Below are positions 55,945 to 64,000 of a DNA stretch of 64,000 bases, piece by piece (position 1 is the first letter of the stretch; each line of letters begins with the position of its first letter). The notes under the pieces were generated by a model. That model saw only the letters and a program-made list of their open reading frames with translations, ran no database searches and had not been told where the DNA came from. Origin of the DNA: the human T2T-CHM13v2.0 reference genome, Homo sapiens; the NCBI RefSeq assembly GCF_009914755.1, contig NC_060938.1. One strand, written 5' to 3'. The translations under genes were made by a program, and so were the position numbers.

Positions 55945-56255
55945 CCATGGTCTGAATGTGTGTGTCCCCCCAAAGTTCATATGTTGAAGTCCTTTTTTTT
56001 AACTTTTAAGTTGAGGGGTACATGTGCAGGGTTGTCGTATAGGTAAACCCATGTCATGGGGGTGTGTTGTGCAGATTATTTTGTCACCTAGGTATTAAGC
56101 CTAATGCCCACTGATCCTCTCTCTCCTCCCCTCCACCCTTAGGTAGGCCCCAGTGTGTTTTGTTCCTCATATGCTGAAGTCTTAACCCCGGAGGTGATGG
56201 TGTTAGAAGCAGGGCCTTTGGGAGGTGATTAGGTTATGAGGGAATGGGATTGGTG
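55945..56255 (+). mobile_element. MLT1 LTR fragment interrupted by an antisense L1PA 3'-end fragment (~55993-56166) with a ~16-bp TSD
   Basis: TSD tcatatgttgaagtcct (55977) / tcatatgctgaagtctt (56167); inner ggggtacatgtgcagg...ggccccagtgtg is an L1PA 3'UTR. Confidence 0.65.

Positions 56256-56257
<2 letters not shown>

Positions 56258-56315
<58 letters not shown>
56258..56315 (+). repeat. Compound microsatellite (GT)~20(GA)~9
   Basis: Read directly from the sequence. Confidence 0.95.
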
Positions 56316-56818
56316 CAGGGTCTCGCTCTGTTGCCCAGCCAGAGTACAGTGGTGCAGTCACAGCTCACTGCTGCCTCAACCTCCTGGGCTCAAGCCATCC
56401 TCCCACCTCAGCCTCTTGAATAGCTGGAACCACAGGGGGCAGGTCGCCACGCTGTGCCCCACCAGCTTTGCCTCCTCCCAACCTGAGCAAGGGGCGAGCA
56501 GGCAGCCTTGGAGCCCAGCCTGGTGAGAGGACCCAGACTCTGCTCTGTCCTGCTGTGTGGCCTTGGCCACAGGTTTTCCCTCTCTAGACCTCTGGGGTTG
56601 GAATTGGCCAGTGGGTCCCTGTGGGGCTGAGTTGCCGCCACCTTGGCAAACAGCTAGGAAGGCAGATTTTGAGGCCCTGCCCCAGACCTAAGAAGTCAGC
56701 CCCAGGGAGCAGGTAGAGACAAAAGCTGCGTTTAAACCAGGCTCTTTAGTGGTTCTAAGGTGGCTGTGAAACTGTGGGTTGAGACCATCTCTAAGGATAG
56801 ATTCAGGAAGATCCAACT

Positions 56819-57786
56819 TGAAGGGGTGGGTTGCCCCTCCACACCTATGGGTGTTTCTCGTTAGGTGGAACGAGAGACTTGGAAAAGAAAGAGACACAGA
56901 GACAAAGTATAGAGAAAGAAAAAAGGGGGCCCAGGGACCGGCGTTCAGCATACGGAGAATCCCGCCAGCCTCTGAGTTCCCTTAGTATTTATTGATCATT
57001 ATTGGGTGTTTCTCGGAGAGGGGGATGTGTCAGGGTCATAGGATAATAGTGGAGAGAAGGTCAGCAGGTGAACACGTGAACAAAGGTCTCTGCATCATGA
57101 ACAAAGTAAAGAATTAAGTGCTGTGCTTTAGATATGTATACACATAAACAGCTCAATGCCTTACAGAGCAGTATTGCTGCCCGCATGTCCCACCTCCAGC
57201 CCTAAGGCGGTTTTCCCCTATCTCAGTAGATGGAATATACAATCGGGTTTTACACCCAGACATTCCATTGCCCAGGGACGAGCGGGTGACAGATGCCTTC
57301 CTCTTGTCTCAACTGCAACGAGGGGTTCCTTCCTCTTTTACTAATCCTCCTCAGCACAGACCCTTTACGGGTGTCCGGCTGGAGGACGGTCAGGTCTTTC
57401 CCTTCCCACGAGGCCATATCTCAGGCTATCACATGGGGAGAAACCTTGGACAATACCTGGCTTTCCTAGGCAGAGGTCCTTGCGGGCTTCCGTGGTGTTT
57501 TGTGTCCCTGGGTACTTGAGATTAGGGAGTGGTGATGACTCTTAACAAGCATGCTGCCTTCAAGCATCTGTTTAACAAAGCACACCTTGCACGGCCCTTA
57601 ATCCATTTAACCCTGAGTGGACACAGCACATGTTTCTGTGAGCACAGGGTTGGGGGTGGGGTTATAGGTTAACAGCATCTCGAGGCAGAAGAATTTTTCT
57701 TAGTACAGAACAAAATGGAGTCTCCTATGTCTACTTCTTTCTACACAGACACAGTAACAATCTGAGCTCTCTTGCTTTTCCCCACA
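56819..57786 (-). mobile_element. HERV-K(HML-2) solo LTR (LTR5, likely LTR5B/LTR5A), 968 bp, 6-bp TSD CCAACT
   Basis: - strand begins TGTGGGGAAAAGCAAGAGAG and ends CAACCCACCCCTTCA; CCAACT at 56813-56818 and 57787-57792; internal AATAAA at 56993-56988. Confidence 0.93.
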
Positions 57787-59379
57787 CCAACTCAGACAGT
57801 TCTGCTTTTAGTCTCAGCTGGGACTCCTCCTGGCTGCGCTGACCCATGAGCCTTCCTGCCTCAGGTTTGTCATCTGTGAACCGGGCTGGGGAGAATTCTA
57901 GGGGCTGGTCTATGCACGTGGGGGCCTCACACCAAGCTGGCACAGAGCAGGGAGAGTGCCTGCCGTGCTGTTCTAGGGCAAGATGCTCTGGCTCTCTGCC
58001 CACAACTGTCCACACCTTTGCAGGAAGTGGAAGATAAGTGTGAATGTAATTAATCAGCTGAAGTCCTGAAGGCTTCCTAAGGGCATCTTCAACGGTCTGG
58101 ATGGGTTGGGGGAAATCGGGGCCCCCGCAGTGGGGCTCCCGGCCCCAGCTAGCAAAGGTCCCAAACAGCTGCTGAAAACCCAGGAACAGGTCAGGTGGCG
58201 TTGTGGCCAGGGGCTGGGGCCCGAGCTGTTGGTTTGAGGCCTGGCACTGGCGAGTCATGACTGCCCAACTGGTCTCTTTCTTGCTGTGAATAAACATTTG
58301 CCGTCTGGATAAATCTCCAGCTCTCAGCCACTCAGTGGGAGTGACCCCTCTTTGCCAGGGGGTGCCCTCTGGGCCTCAGAGGCTGAAGGGCTTGGGGCCT
58401 CTTGGCACAACACATTCAGTCCCACAGTTGCCACCAAGGTGTGTGGGTTTCTTGTATTGCCATTGGTTGCAAACGTTTAGTTTCCCAGGGCTACTGTGCA
58501 GGCGAGCTGTGGGCTCTGGGCAGGCCGGGTGCCATTCAGAACCCACTTGGCCTTCAAGGGGGCCACGAAGCCTGAGGAGGCTTGGGCCAGATTATGAGAG
58601 GACCAGAAACTCAAGATGGGGAGTGACATAAATAACACATGGCGAGTGCTTCTTGGATAAAAATAGAGCTGAAGGGGGCAGGAGTGGGGGCGGGGTATGC
58701 TCCAGAGGCAGAAGGCCAGAGGGATGGTGCGGCCACCTGGTCAGGACACAGAGGGGCCGGCAAGAGGAGCTCAGCCAGGCGTCTGTGGAGACAGCGTGGG
58801 CTTGCGGCCCTTGGCCTTCCTACATTGCCCAGGGCTCACAGAATTTAGCCTCGGGGGCAGCCCTGGGACGCTGCGGGGGCCTGGCTGTGCCCTCTCTCAG
58901 GTTCCCATTGTCACAGTGGGTATGGCTGGGTGAGCAGGCAGTCCCAGGCCTCCAGTCAGGGCAAACTGGGTTGGAGTGGTAGGGTGAGCTGGAGATGGCA
59001 CCTGGAGGCAGGAGTGGGCGGGAGAGGGCGGGGAGGCTGGCAGAAAGGACAACGTGTACTGAGCCCGAGGTGTGTTGGGACCAGTTACCTGCCCAGCACG
59101 TGCCGGCATCGGGCAGAGCTGCGTCTTCCTGGGGCAGCTGCGTAGGGCTCTGCTACCTGCCCCTGCTTCGGGCTCTGTCCTCTGGAGTTCCCACCGCAGC
59201 CCCATTATTGAGCTCCTCTGCCACTTGGCCCTCCAGTGTCTGCGCCACACGTGAGAGCGTGAAGGCCAGCTGGGAGCCGGGTTCACCTCCAAAGTCACTC
59301 CTTCACAGGCCTTGCTGTGCAAACGGAGGGTGGCAGGCAGCTTCCCGTTCACCCTGTCCATGTGTGGATTTTTTTCTTT

Positions 59380-64000
<4,621 letters not shown>

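Noticed and set aside
56819-57786. Possible SVA (SINE-R) element
   Set aside because: No VNTR, hexamer or poly(A); full LTR termini and a 6-bp TSD indicate a solo LTR5.

Overview
Human (primate) genomic DNA matching the YY1-SLC25A29-MIR345 locus on chr14q32.2. The + strand carries the 3' part of YY1: exons 2-5 with all splice sites readable (exon 1 lies upstream of the window), the tailed mirtron MIR6764 at the end of intron 4, and a ~5.2 kb 3'UTR with several poly(A) signals. SLC25A29 (303-aa mitochondrial basic amino-acid carrier, 4 coding exons) lies convergently on the - strand, starting from a CpG-island promoter at ~51.5 kb. MIR345 lies divergently ~1.3 kb beyond that promoter. The rest is dense in Alu, MaLR LTR, L1, L2, MIR and Tigger repeats, plus one intact 968-bp HERV-K(HML-2) LTR5 solo LTR with a 6-bp TSD. 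Nearly all entries in the ORF track are Alu-derived or GC-content artefacts. I found no convincing new protein-coding system. The most interesting signals are: an orphan CpG island with NRF1, Sp1 and CTCF motifs between the two convergent 3' ends; a mosaic AluY suggesting local Alu-Alu gene conversion; an exact 38-bp templated insertion fused to an Alu fragment; an internally primed AluYd-type left monomer; a ~140-bp local duplication; and inverted Alus tightly flanking YY1 exon 2 (circRNA geometry). Gene, miRNA and repeat names come from my recognition of the sequence, not from a database search, and repeat boundaries are approximate unless TSDs are given.
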